DNA of 64,000 bases, taken from the NCBI GenBank assembly GCA_045594305.1, contig JAZNYH010000034.1, forward strand, positions 484-64,483. Reading direction: 5' to 3'. The notes beneath the pieces were generated by a model. That model did not search any database. It was not told the DNA's origin and saw nothing but the letters and a program-made list of their open reading frames with translations. The DNA is from Eubacteriales bacterium (GTDB taxonomy: Bacteria; Bacillota; Clostridia; Oscillospirales; CAG-272). Both the position numbers and the translations under genes were made by a program. This document shows, piece by piece, positions 36,541-45,876 of this stretch (positions within the stretch are counted from its first letter, which is position 1; every line of letters starts with the position of its first letter).

Positions 36541-38307
36541 ATGAAAAAGCGACTATTATTTATTGCTGTTTGTCTTGCACTTTTTGTAGCACTTACAATT
36601 TGTGCCAGTGCGGCAACAACAAATGAATGGGGTACAGTTGAAACAAGCACCACAATTGACCTTACCGGCATGGCAACAGACACGGATTTGAGAGTTGTGC
36701 TTTTTGATGGAACAGAATATCACACATATCCTGCTCAATACATTGTAACAAGTGCAACTGACATTACCCTTGACTTTTCAAAAATCAATTCGGCGTTTGG
36801 TAAGGAGTATTCAACTGCAAACAACAGTGTAATCCGCATTGAAATACCAAGACATGTGCTGACTATTGTAAGCGGAGTTTTCAACTATGGCAAGAACAAC
36901 AATCTTGTTGAGGTATTCTTCCCCAAAGATTCAAAGGTCACAAAATTCAATTGGGGTTGCTTCGAAAAGAACACAGGACTTCAAAAAATCAATATTCCAG
37001 CGAGTCTTATCGAATACAATGGTAGCAATCATTTCGCAAAGTGCTCAAATCTTACTGAGATAACCTTTGATGAGGGTTATTCGGTCAGTTATATTCCTGC
37101 CAATTTTCTCCAAACCTGCTCTTCACTTGAATACCTTAAGTTTCCAAACTGTGTAACAGAGATTGGAGGCGGTGCTTTTGGTTCCTGTTCTAAGCTTAAA
37201 ACGATTATTTTTGGTGATAACCTACAGACTATGGGCGGATCTATGTCCGACTGCGCAACAAGTGGCTCTGTATGGTACTTGCCTGCAAGCTTTTATGCAT
37301 CAAATGTAACCGCAACTCCTCCGTCGGATATGTTCCACTGGGCAGGAACTCAAACAAATGGTGTCAGCGGAAACAGCAACAACCCAAAGAATATAACCTT
37401 TGTTTATACAGGCACTAAGGCTGAGGCGGAGGCGCTTCAGGCAAAATTTAAGGCTGCGGATGCTGCAACGGGTGAAAACTGTGTTGGTCTTTTAAGGCTT
37501 TACAATGCTACCCTCTGCACAGAGGAAGAATACGAGCAATTGACCGGCAAGAAAATTGGCGAAATTGCAACAGGATATTATCTTGTTTATGGCTACAACA
37601 GGTGTAAAGCGTTCTACGAAAACGAGCACGCTTTAAACGGCACAGGCTCTTGCCTTGACGGTGCAAGCTGTTCAAAATGTGGCTATTCAATCGGCAAAAA
37701 GACTGAGCACACTATATTTGAAACGCTCACCTACAAAAGCTACACCACTCAAGGTAGCTGGTGCTATGGTTGCTCAAATGAGGGTTGTGTTGTTATTGAC
37801 GCATCAAGCAAAACGCCTGCTATCTTTGTAGCAAGTGCTGCAAATGGCTTCTCTACAAACGGCAGAGGTGGTATTGCCTTTGGTGGCTTTAATGTTAATG
37901 TTTCTGCATTAGATGAATTTAATCGTGTAAACAAGGATAAGCCTCTTGTGTTTGGAATCATGCTTGTTAACCCTGCGTTTGTCGGTGATACATTTATGAA
38001 AAATGGTGAGGTTAATGCTCAAGGTGCCTTCTTACGGTTTGACCTTAGCAACACCAAATACACAAATATTGGAATAATGATGAACGGCTTTAACGAGGAA
38101 GCGGAAAAGCTTGCTCTTGTAATCTCACTTTATGCATACACTGACGCATCAAGCGTTGAGTACATTCAATCCGCTGATACTGCTTGTGCAAGTGCTAAGG
38201 TTACTAAGCAGGACGCTACCCTTTATACAATTACAGCAGAGTCAGTTATGAATAAGCCATATGGCTCAATTGAGGCTCTACCTGAATTCAAAAAGGACGA
38301 GGAATAA
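36541..38307 (+). CDS. Secreted BspA-type leucine-rich-repeat protein
   Basis: Signal peptide MKKRLLFIAVCLALFVALTICASA. LRR_5-like repeats (IPASLIEYNGSNHFAKCSNLTEITF...). Paralogous to 53471-54964. Confidence 0.65.
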   Translation: MKKRLLFIAVCLALFVALTICASAATTNEWGTVETSTTIDLTGMATDTDLRVVLFDGTEYHTYPAQYIVTSATDITLDFSKINSAFGKEYSTANNSVIRIEIPRHVLTIVSGVFNYGKNNNLVEVFFPKDSKVTKFNWGCFEKNTGLQKINIPASLIEYNGSNHFAKCSNLTEITFDEGYSVSYIPANFLQTCSSLEYLKFPNCVTEIGGGAFGSCSKLKTIIFGDNLQTMGGSMSDCATSGSVWYLPASFYASNVTATPPSDMFHWAGTQTNGVSGNSNNPKNITFVYTGTKAEAEALQAKFKAADAATGENCVGLLRLYNATLCTEEEYEQLTGKKIGEIATGYYLVYGYNRCKAFYENEHALNGTGSCLDGASCSKCGYSIGKKTEHTIFETLTYKSYTTQGSWCYGCSNEGCVVIDASSKTPAIFVASAANGFSTNGRGGIAFGGFNVNVSALDEFNRVNKDKPLVFGIMLVNPAFVGDTFMKNGEVNAQGAFLRFDLSNTKYTNIGIMMNGFNEEAEKLALVISLYAYTDASSVEYIQSADTACASAKVTKQDATLYTITAESVMNKPYGSIEALPEFKKDEE

Positions 38308-38348
38308 TATACAAAAGGCTGTCGCTAATGCGACAGCCTTTTTGCTTG

Positions 38349-39680
38349 TTAATATGTAGTTGAGTCGCCAAAGGGCTCCTTTGAATATGCCTTTGCACAA
38401 AATTGTGCAAGCACAGTATTCTCTATCTTTTGTCCGTTTAGGGTGCTTGCTCCTGCTCCTATTGCAAAGATTGGCACATTTTTATTGGTGTGATTATATG
38501 AGCCAAAATAGTAGTTGCCTGGGGTTGTGGGAACGAGGTTGCCCGTTTCGTGGTCAGCAGTTACAATAAGTGCGACATCAGGGTGACAAAGTGTATACTG
38601 TGTAGCGTATGCGACGGCATCGTTGAAGCGAAGCACGGTATCCATAACTCCGTCTGCCTCCTTTGCGTGAGCGTGCTTATCAATTATGCCCTCCTCTATC
38701 ATAACAAAGAACGCTGAGCCATCAGCTGACACAGTTGAAATTGCCTGCCTTGTGTGCATAGTTAGGTCGTTTCCTACATCGCCCTGACAATAATTTATAA
38801 GTCCTGAGGCGGTAAGGGCGTTTATTTGAGTTGTAAGCTCATCGGTGCTATCTCGTGATATGCTATGACACATATAAGAGCTTGGAGTTGCTCCCGTTAT
38901 AAGGTCGGTTGTTACAACTGCCGTTTTAGCCCCGCTTTCGTGTGCAAGCTCTCGTACATTTTTAATTGGCAAGCCGTCCTTGTTAAGACCTATGTAGCCG
39001 TTAATTGTCTTGTAGCCCGTCGCCATTGCAGTTGCCGAGGCGGCACTATCCGTGAATTTTGCCTCGCCACTTATAACCGAATATGAGCGAGTTACTGATA
39101 TGCCTTGATTTGGGAACGATGACGCCACAAACGCCACGCCCTTTTTCTCAACCGTCATATCAATATGAGTCTGCCCCATTCCGTCGCCTATCATAAAAAT
39201 AACGCTACGATAGGTGTCGCTTGGAGTGTAATTTAGCACCTGCTCGGTGGTTGGGAGTGCTGAAATATCAAGCCCCTTGTCTGTTATTTTGGCGTATTTG
39301 TTTAGAAAATCGCCACAGGCAGAGCCTATATATATTCCATAGCCCTTCATAACAATTTTGTCACCACTTTTAAACAGAAGATATTGTCCGTCTGCAAGGA
39401 TAGCACTTGTTTTCGAGGCTGTTCTATTAGTTTCGCCAATCAAAATCTCACACTCACGCTCGCTTTCGCTATCGGTGACAATTTTAAGCTCCTCTCCTGT
39501 TTTTTCCTTAGCAAGGGAGCTTAGGCACTCTGCCGAGTAGGTTGTGGTTGCGTCGGCACCGCTTGGGATTACTATAAAATAATCTCCGAGGTCTATTTCA
39601 TTATCCTTGACACAGGAAAATAGCGACAAGGAGCTAAGAATCATAACAAGCGTCAGTAAAACGCAAAGTAGCCTTTTCAT
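38349..39680 (-). CDS. Alkaline phosphatase family lipoprotein
   Basis: Lipobox LSLFSC, plus the GDGMGQTH and DSAASATAMATG motifs. Confidence 0.8.
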   Translation of the reverse strand: MKRLLCVLLTLVMILSSLSLFSCVKDNEIDLGDYFIVIPSGADATTTYSAECLSSLAKEKTGEELKIVTDSESERECEILIGETNRTASKTSAILADGQYLLFKSGDKIVMKGYGIYIGSACGDFLNKYAKITDKGLDISALPTTEQVLNYTPSDTYRSVIFMIGDGMGQTHIDMTVEKKGVAFVASSFPNQGISVTRSYSVISGEAKFTDSAASATAMATGYKTINGYIGLNKDGLPIKNVRELAHESGAKTAVVTTDLITGATPSSYMCHSISRDSTDELTTQINALTASGLINYCQGDVGNDLTMHTRQAISTVSADGSAFFVMIEEGIIDKHAHAKEADGVMDTVLRFNDAVAYATQYTLCHPDVALIVTADHETGNLVPTTPGNYYFGSYNHTNKNVPIFAIGAGASTLNGQKIENTVLAQFCAKAYSKEPFGDSTTY

Positions 39681-39814
39681 AACAAAATCCTTTCCTTAGT
39701 TTCTTTATTTAGTTTATCATAGTTTTTAAAGAAAATCAACATTACATAGCGAAATGTGTCTATTTTAATGGTATGATTTAAAAAATCCTTGCGAAATTCG
39801 CAAGGATTTTTGTC

Positions 39815-42616
39815 TTATATAATTGTTTTTACAAAGGCGTATTTGTCTACATAGTCCTTGCTTTTGCCATCTGGTGTCCAGCTTCCAAAGCGTTCAAAGC
39901 TATCGGGAGAGGTCCAGCCACTCTCCTGCTGAATTGTATGGAAGGGACCATATAGGTTTCTGTTGCTTACTGTGAGAGTAAGGGTTAGCTCGTTTTCGCC
40001 TTTTTTTAGATACGGGGTGAGGTCAAGTCGCTTTTTCAGCATCATTCTGCCTGCATCCTTGCCATTGACAGCTACATCAATAAGCTGAAATGGCTTATCA
40101 ATTACAAGCTCGGCATTTGTATTCTCTACAAATATTTTTTGCTTCAAGGAAATCTCGCCTGCAAGGAAGGGATAGCCCTCTCTTATAAGGTCGCTAATCG
40201 TCCTTTTTTGCTCGCCTATTTTAAAGCCCTCGCCTAAAACGAGGCTATCGTCCTTGCCTCTTTCAAAGGTGCCATATACGCCAAAATCGCCTCGCAAATA
40301 AATCGGCTCAATTTCCGTGTCAAAGGCAAGACAGTTTTTAAGCCCCTCGGTAACGCCATCGCCAAAGAGGGCAAGATATACATTATCCCCTTGGTAGTAG
40401 CTCAGCTTTAAAATAATCTCGTTTTTGCCAAGGACAAGCTTATCTGCCACATTGTAGCCGACTGTTGCTACCTCGTAGGTGTATCTTCTGCTCGGCTCTA
40501 CCCTGATGCCATTTACATAAACCTCAGCCTCAAGCTCGCAAAGAAGCTCGCATTTTGAGGGTAGAGTGTCGATAATTGGCTCATATTTTAGATACAAGTC
40601 GCCCTTGTATCGCTCATTTAGAAGTCTATCGAGCACGCACATATGGTAGAATGGTTCCTCATAGGTCTTTCCATCAAAGGAATAGCTACACAAGTCAAGG
40701 GTGAGGTAGTTTTCAACCTCGCCTACAACCTCAAAGGTGTTGCCAAGGCGTATTTGGTCAAGTGGTGCTTTTTGCTTGGGTGTGTCGCTTGTTGGATATA
40801 AAATATACGCATCTGCAAAATCAAAGTGAATGGTATTTGGTATTACCTCGTAGGTGTCGCTCATTATATCGTAGGAGCTAAATGCACTCACATTATCCAT
40901 TGATATTTCAACAGTCTGCTCATCCCCTACATTAACTGCGTATATAAATTCTCTGCCGTCGCTTTCTCGCCTATATGCTATACGCACGCCGTTATTGTTC
41001 TTTATTTTAACGGGTGACTCCTCTACTATCATATCGAGGCTTGTGTTCGATTTTAGGTAGGTATAGGTATGACGCTTGCCCTCTAAATACCTTGGGAGTG
41101 TGTCGTAAATAAGGATTTTTCCACCATTTTCTACATACTGCTCCAAAAGGGCATTAGTTGTCTTATCCATTGTATAAATTTTAGGAATAATTACGGTGCT
41201 ATATCGACATTTTCCAACAACAAGCTCCTTGCCCTCTACCCTTGCGTGCCTTGCCATTATGGTTTCGTCAAGAAGGTGGTAGCCTATGCCAAGGGTGTTA
41301 AGGTCGTTTTGAAGCCTACTAAATGAGCCTTCAAGCTTAGCAAGGTTGTGATAATCCCTCTCGGGGAAGCGCTTATAATCAAGGTATGCACTTCTTATTG
41401 GATGCAGAACGCCTACGCTTACAAGCTCCTCGCTATTTGCAAGCATCTGCCCAAGAGCCGAGAAATAATAGTTAAAGTCGCCAAAGCCCTTGCGTATCCA
41501 AGGATTTACGCTTGAAAAATGTGCAGGATAATCACGCTTTCTTTGTCCGTGCTCAGCATATGGCAAAAGGTGCTGACACATAAGGTTTACTCCACCTACA
41601 TATTGTGCCTCGGCAAGCCTTTTTAGCTCCATTGGTGTTATATGCCAGCTACATGCGGCAAAGGTTTCGGTAAGCACCTGAGATTTGCCAAGCTGTGAGG
41701 CAACGCTTGATACCTGTCTTGCTGAAATGCCAGAGTCAACCCATCTTCCAAGGTAGTCAATGCCCGGAATGTGCTCGTACTCGTAAAATGGCATTATTCC
41801 TCCACAGCAAAGCATCTGAGCACAAAGGCAGTTTTCCTCTATGTAGTGACCTGTTAGCTTATAGCCACGCTCGCTACACCAATCATAGATTTTTTTGCTA
41901 AAGCTATTAAGCATAAGCTCCTGCATAGCTCTCCAAAACTTATAACGGAAATCTCGATAGCCTCTCTTTTCTACAAACAAAAGTCCAAGCCCGTCAAGAA
42001 TGTCCTCGCCATAATTATTTTTGAAGTATTCGGGGAGCATTTTGGTATATGGGGTTGCCCAACGATAATACTGTGGCTCATCGGTAAAGAAGCCCTTTAA
42101 GCCGTGCTTATCTCTCTTTGCGTATTCCTCGTGGGTAAGAGCAATAAACTTATCAACAACCTCGGGGTTTAGAATGTCTACGGTTGAGGCTGAATAGTGC
42201 TCATAGATATTAAGACACTCCTTCCCCTCGCTTACTCTTTTGAGTGCTCTTGTGCGAGTGTCGTATGATACAAGTGCGTCCTTGTCATACTCGCCTATTT
42301 TATAGGTTAGGTATCTGTCGTGATTTTCTATGTCTTCAAGAAGCTTGCCACCGACAAAGCCACTCGGCCAGCCGTTTTCATCGTAAGCGTATGCCTCCAT
42401 TCCAAGCTCGCTTGCTCTCTTTGAGCATGCCTCTATACACTCGAACCATTCCTTGCCAAGATATTTAGTTTTTAGTCCTCCACGGGCGTGCATAAAAAAG
42501 CCACCTATGCCGACCTCGTTCATCCATTCGACCTGCCTTACAAGCTCATCCTTGTTTAGCTTGTCATTCCACGACCAAAATGGAAGGCTCTTATATTTTG
42601 AATCTATTTTTTTCAT
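39815..42616 (-). CDS. Large cytoplasmic glycoside-hydrolase-like protein
   Basis: The N-terminal PFWSWNDKLNKDEL...GIGGFFMHARGGL pattern is one I associate with uncharacterised glycosidase families. There is no signal peptide. Confidence 0.5.
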   Translation of the reverse strand: MKKIDSKYKSLPFWSWNDKLNKDELVRQVEWMNEVGIGGFFMHARGGLKTKYLGKEWFECIEACSKRASELGMEAYAYDENGWPSGFVGGKLLEDIENHDRYLTYKIGEYDKDALVSYDTRTRALKRVSEGKECLNIYEHYSASTVDILNPEVVDKFIALTHEEYAKRDKHGLKGFFTDEPQYYRWATPYTKMLPEYFKNNYGEDILDGLGLLFVEKRGYRDFRYKFWRAMQELMLNSFSKKIYDWCSERGYKLTGHYIEENCLCAQMLCCGGIMPFYEYEHIPGIDYLGRWVDSGISARQVSSVASQLGKSQVLTETFAACSWHITPMELKRLAEAQYVGGVNLMCQHLLPYAEHGQRKRDYPAHFSSVNPWIRKGFGDFNYYFSALGQMLANSEELVSVGVLHPIRSAYLDYKRFPERDYHNLAKLEGSFSRLQNDLNTLGIGYHLLDETIMARHARVEGKELVVGKCRYSTVIIPKIYTMDKTTNALLEQYVENGGKILIYDTLPRYLEGKRHTYTYLKSNTSLDMIVEESPVKIKNNNGVRIAYRRESDGREFIYAVNVGDEQTVEISMDNVSAFSSYDIMSDTYEVIPNTIHFDFADAYILYPTSDTPKQKAPLDQIRLGNTFEVVGEVENYLTLDLCSYSFDGKTYEEPFYHMCVLDRLLNERYKGDLYLKYEPIIDTLPSKCELLCELEAEVYVNGIRVEPSRRYTYEVATVGYNVADKLVLGKNEIILKLSYYQGDNVYLALFGDGVTEGLKNCLAFDTEIEPIYLRGDFGVYGTFERGKDDSLVLGEGFKIGEQKRTISDLIREGYPFLAGEISLKQKIFVENTNAELVIDKPFQLIDVAVNGKDAGRMMLKKRLDLTPYLKKGENELTLTLTVSNRNLYGPFHTIQQESGWTSPDSFERFGSWTPDGKSKDYVDKYAFVKTII

Positions 42617-42705
42617 AGCAAGCTCCTTTGAAAAATCCTATTTTTATTTTAGCATATATACATAATAAAAGCAACAAAAAAGAGCAGAATATCTGCTCTT
42701 TATTT

Positions 42706-43245
42706 TTATAGAAGCTCAGGATTATACACTGCTCTTTCACCACCAATGAATTTCGGGCGTACACGGGCACAAACGAGGCTCGCCTCACCGATTTTATTTA
42801 TTGACAAGCGAACGGGAACGGCAACTCTTTTAAGGTGCATACCGATAAGGGTATTTCCTATATCCATTCCTGCTTCTGCCTTTATTTCCTCGATTACAAC
42901 AGGATTTTCATAGCTTGCGTATGCCACGGTTGCAAGTGAGCCTCCTGCCTTCTTTTGTGGCACTACATTTACTCCCTCTGCATATGGCACAGCCTCACGC
43001 TCGGTAACTATTGCACGATTAAGATGCTCACAGCATTGAACGGCAAGGTATATTCCAAGGGGCTTAAGAACCGAATAAATTCCCTCAAAGATTTCCTTTG
43101 CAGTATCGGGGTCGGAGTTCGTTCCTATCTTAGAGCCAACTACCTCACTTGTTGAGCAACCAACCACCATTATATCGCCCTTTTTAAGCCCTGCTATCTT
43201 ACATAGCTCTGTTGTCGCCTTTATACATTCTTCTCTTACGCTCAT
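42706..43245 (-). CDS. DUF436 / TIGR01440 family protein
   Basis: VVGCSTSEV...QCCEHLNRA motifs. Confidence 0.65.
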   Translation of the reverse strand: MSVREECIKATTELCKIAGLKKGDIMVVGCSTSEVVGSKIGTNSDPDTAKEIFEGIYSVLKPLGIYLAVQCCEHLNRAIVTEREAVPYAEGVNVVPQKKAGGSLATVAYASYENPVVIEEIKAEAGMDIGNTLIGMHLKRVAVPVRLSINKIGEASLVCARVRPKFIGGERAVYNPELL

Positions 43246-43391
43246 AGTACACCTCACAAATAGCTTTTAAAACATTTTATCACTATTATAAAAAAATGTC
43301 AATATTTTTGTGTTTGTTCACAGTTTATTCACATTTTTAGTATATACTATTATAGGTATAAAAATTATAATATACATAAAGGAGATTAAAA

Positions 43392-45041
43392 ATGGCAAAG
43401 CTTAACAAACTTAAAAATCAAATTGGCGTTAAGGGTCCTGTGCTCACTATCGTTATGGACGGTGTTGGTATTGCTCCCGAGGGCGCTGGAAATGCAGTAA
43501 CAAGCGCATATACACCTACTCTTGATATGCTTATGCAGAGCTATCCTTGGGTAAAGCTTAAGGCTCACGGAACAGCTGTTGGTCTTCCTGGTGATGATGA
43601 TATGGGTAACTCAGAGGTTGGTCACAACGCTCTTGGCTCAGGTCAGGTATTCGCTCAGGGTGCTAAGCTCGTTTCACAATCAATCGAAAACGGCAAGATG
43701 TTCGCATCTGATACCTGGAAGGCTATTATCTCAAATGTAAAGGGCAACGATAGCGTTCTTCACTTTATCGGTCTTTTCTCTGATGGTAATGTTCACTCTC
43801 ACATAGACCACCTCAAGGCTATGATTGAGCAGGCTAAGCGTGAGGGCGTTAAGACTGTAAGAATCCACACTCTTATTGATGGTCGTGATGTTGGCGAAAC
43901 AAGTGCTCTTGACTACATTGAGCCATTTGAGGAGTTTATCGCATCTCTTCGTGATGATAGCTTTGATATTATGATTGCATCAGGTGGTGGCCGTATGGTT
44001 ATCACAATGGATAGATATGAGGCTAACTGGAAGATGGTTGAGGACGGCTGGAGGACTCATGTTCTTGGCGAGGGCAGACAGTTCTGCTGTGCTAAGAAGG
44101 CTATTGAGACCTATCGTGAGGAGCTTAAGGTTATCGACCAAGACCTTCCACCATTTGTTATTGCTAAGGACGGAGTGCCTGTTGGTACAATTAATGATGG
44201 CGATAGCGTAATCTTCTATAACTTCCGTGGCGACCGTTCTATTGAAATTTCAAAGGCGTTTGATGATGCTGACTTTGATAAGTTCGACAGAGTTCGCTAT
44301 CCTAAGGTTGTTTATGCTGGTATGCTTGAATATGATGGTGACCTTCACATTCCTTCAAGATATCTTGTAAATCCACCTGAAATCACAAATACAATGGGCG
44401 AGTATCTTACTGATACAGGCATTTCGCAGCTCGCTATCTCCGAGACACAAAAGTACGGACATGTTACCTACTTCTGGAACGGAAACAAGAGTGGAAAGTT
44501 CAGCGAGGAGCTTGAAACATATATCGAGATTTTATCCGATGTTGTTCCTTTTGAGCAAAGACCTTGGATGAAGTGTGCTGAAATCACAGATAAGCTCATC
44601 GAGTGTCTAAGAAGTGGCAAGTACGATTGCCTAAGAGTTAACTTCCCTAATGGCGATATGGTTGGACACACAGGTAACCTTTTGGCTACTCGTTGCTCTA
44701 TGGAGGCCCTTGACCTTCAATTGAAGAGAATCCTTGATGTTGTTGACGAGCTTGGTGGTGTTGCAGTAATCACCGCTGACCACGGAAACGCTGATGAGAT
44801 GTACGAGGTTGACAAGAAGGGGGCTCCTAAGACCGACAAAAATGGCAAGTTCAAGGCTAAAACAAGCCACACTCTCAATCCTGTTCCTTGCATTATCTAT
44901 GATAACTTCTACAAGGATAAGTACGAGGTAAAGGCTGACAATGGCGAGTTTGGACTTAGCGATGTTGCGGCAACAGTTGTAAACCTTCTCGGCTATGAGG
45001 CTCCTGCTATGTGGGATACCTCTCTTATCGAGGTTAAATAA
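43392..45041 (+). CDS. gpmI: 2,3-bisphosphoglycerate-independent phosphoglycerate mutase
   Basis: MGNSEVGHNALG and ADHGNA motifs; 549 aa. Confidence 0.85.
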   Translation: MAKLNKLKNQIGVKGPVLTIVMDGVGIAPEGAGNAVTSAYTPTLDMLMQSYPWVKLKAHGTAVGLPGDDDMGNSEVGHNALGSGQVFAQGAKLVSQSIENGKMFASDTWKAIISNVKGNDSVLHFIGLFSDGNVHSHIDHLKAMIEQAKREGVKTVRIHTLIDGRDVGETSALDYIEPFEEFIASLRDDSFDIMIASGGGRMVITMDRYEANWKMVEDGWRTHVLGEGRQFCCAKKAIETYREELKVIDQDLPPFVIAKDGVPVGTINDGDSVIFYNFRGDRSIEISKAFDDADFDKFDRVRYPKVVYAGMLEYDGDLHIPSRYLVNPPEITNTMGEYLTDTGISQLAISETQKYGHVTYFWNGNKSGKFSEELETYIEILSDVVPFEQRPWMKCAEITDKLIECLRSGKYDCLRVNFPNGDMVGHTGNLLATRCSMEALDLQLKRILDVVDELGGVAVITADHGNADEMYEVDKKGAPKTDKNGKFKAKTSHTLNPVPCIIYDNFYKDKYEVKADNGEFGLSDVAATVVNLLGYEAPAMWDTSLIEVK

Positions 45042-45049
45042 TATTCACA

Positions 45050-45075
45050 GGGGGCGTTTTTGCCCCCTTTGCTTT
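45050..45075 (+). terminator. Terminator after gpmI
   Basis: GGGGGC-GTTTTT-GCCCCC followed by TTTGCTTT. Confidence 0.65.
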
Positions 45076-45086
45076 AAGAGGTATTT

Positions 45087-45749
45087 ATGGAAACGCTCTA
45101 TATTGACAAGGATATAATCGTGTGCGAAAAGGAATATGGCGTTGCCTCGCAGGCAGGACATAGTCCTAATATGCTTGAAATAATAAAAAGGGAGCATGGT
45201 GTGTCTGCATTTGTGGTGCATCGCCTTGATATTAAGACATCGGGGCTTATGGTTTATGCTCTAAATGATAGCTCTGCCTCCTCTCTTAGCTCACAAATTT
45301 CAAACGGTCTTTTTGAAAAGGAATATCTTGCAATCGTTCACGGGCAAACGCCTACGAGTGTCGATATGTGCGACCTTTTGTATCACGACAAGACCACAAA
45401 TAAGTCCTTTGTTGTCGACACAAGGCGTAAGGGAGCAAAGGAAGCGAGGCTTTCTCTTACCACTCTTTCAACCGTCACGCACGAGGGAAAGGTGCTTTCG
45501 CTTGTTAAAATCCGTCTTTACACAGGACGCACGCATCAAATACGAGTTCAGCTCTCTTCAAGAAACTTTCCTCTTTATGGCGATGGAAAATACGGTGCTC
45601 GTGACAATGATAAAATAGCACTTTATTCACACACCCTTGCCTTTTCTCACCCTAAGACGGGAAAGAAAATGAGCTTTGGTGCATTACCCTGCGTCGATGG
45701 TGCGTGGGCTTTATTTGCCGATGTGCTAAATGGCATTATGCCTATTTGA
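45087..45749 (+). CDS. RluA family pseudouridine synthase
   Basis: HRLDIKTSGLMVYA catalytic motif and GRTHQIRVQL. Confidence 0.85.
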   Translation: METLYIDKDIIVCEKEYGVASQAGHSPNMLEIIKREHGVSAFVVHRLDIKTSGLMVYALNDSSASSLSSQISNGLFEKEYLAIVHGQTPTSVDMCDLLYHDKTTNKSFVVDTRRKGAKEARLSLTTLSTVTHEGKVLSLVKIRLYTGRTHQIRVQLSSRNFPLYGDGKYGARDNDKIALYSHTLAFSHPKTGKKMSFGALPCVDGAWALFADVLNGIMPI

Positions 45750-45756
45750 TAGATTA

Positions 45757-45784
45757 AAGGAACAGATTTTCTGTTCCTTTTTTG
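45757..45784 (+). terminator. Terminator after the pseudouridine synthase gene
   Basis: AAGGAACAG-ATTTT-CTGTTCCTT followed by a T-run. Confidence 0.75.
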
Positions 45785-45803
45785 CTTATATTTGCCTAAT
45801 TAC

Positions 45804-45832
45804 TTGAAAAGCTATATAATATATGATAAAAT
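45804..45832 (+). promoter_or_regulatory. Promoter of the TIR-fusion operon
   Basis: TTGAAA (45804-45809), 17 nt, then TAAAAT (45827-45832). Confidence 0.5.
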
Positions 45833-45876
45833 AATTATATGCGTATTACCACACTAAAATCGTTAAGGAGAATGCT

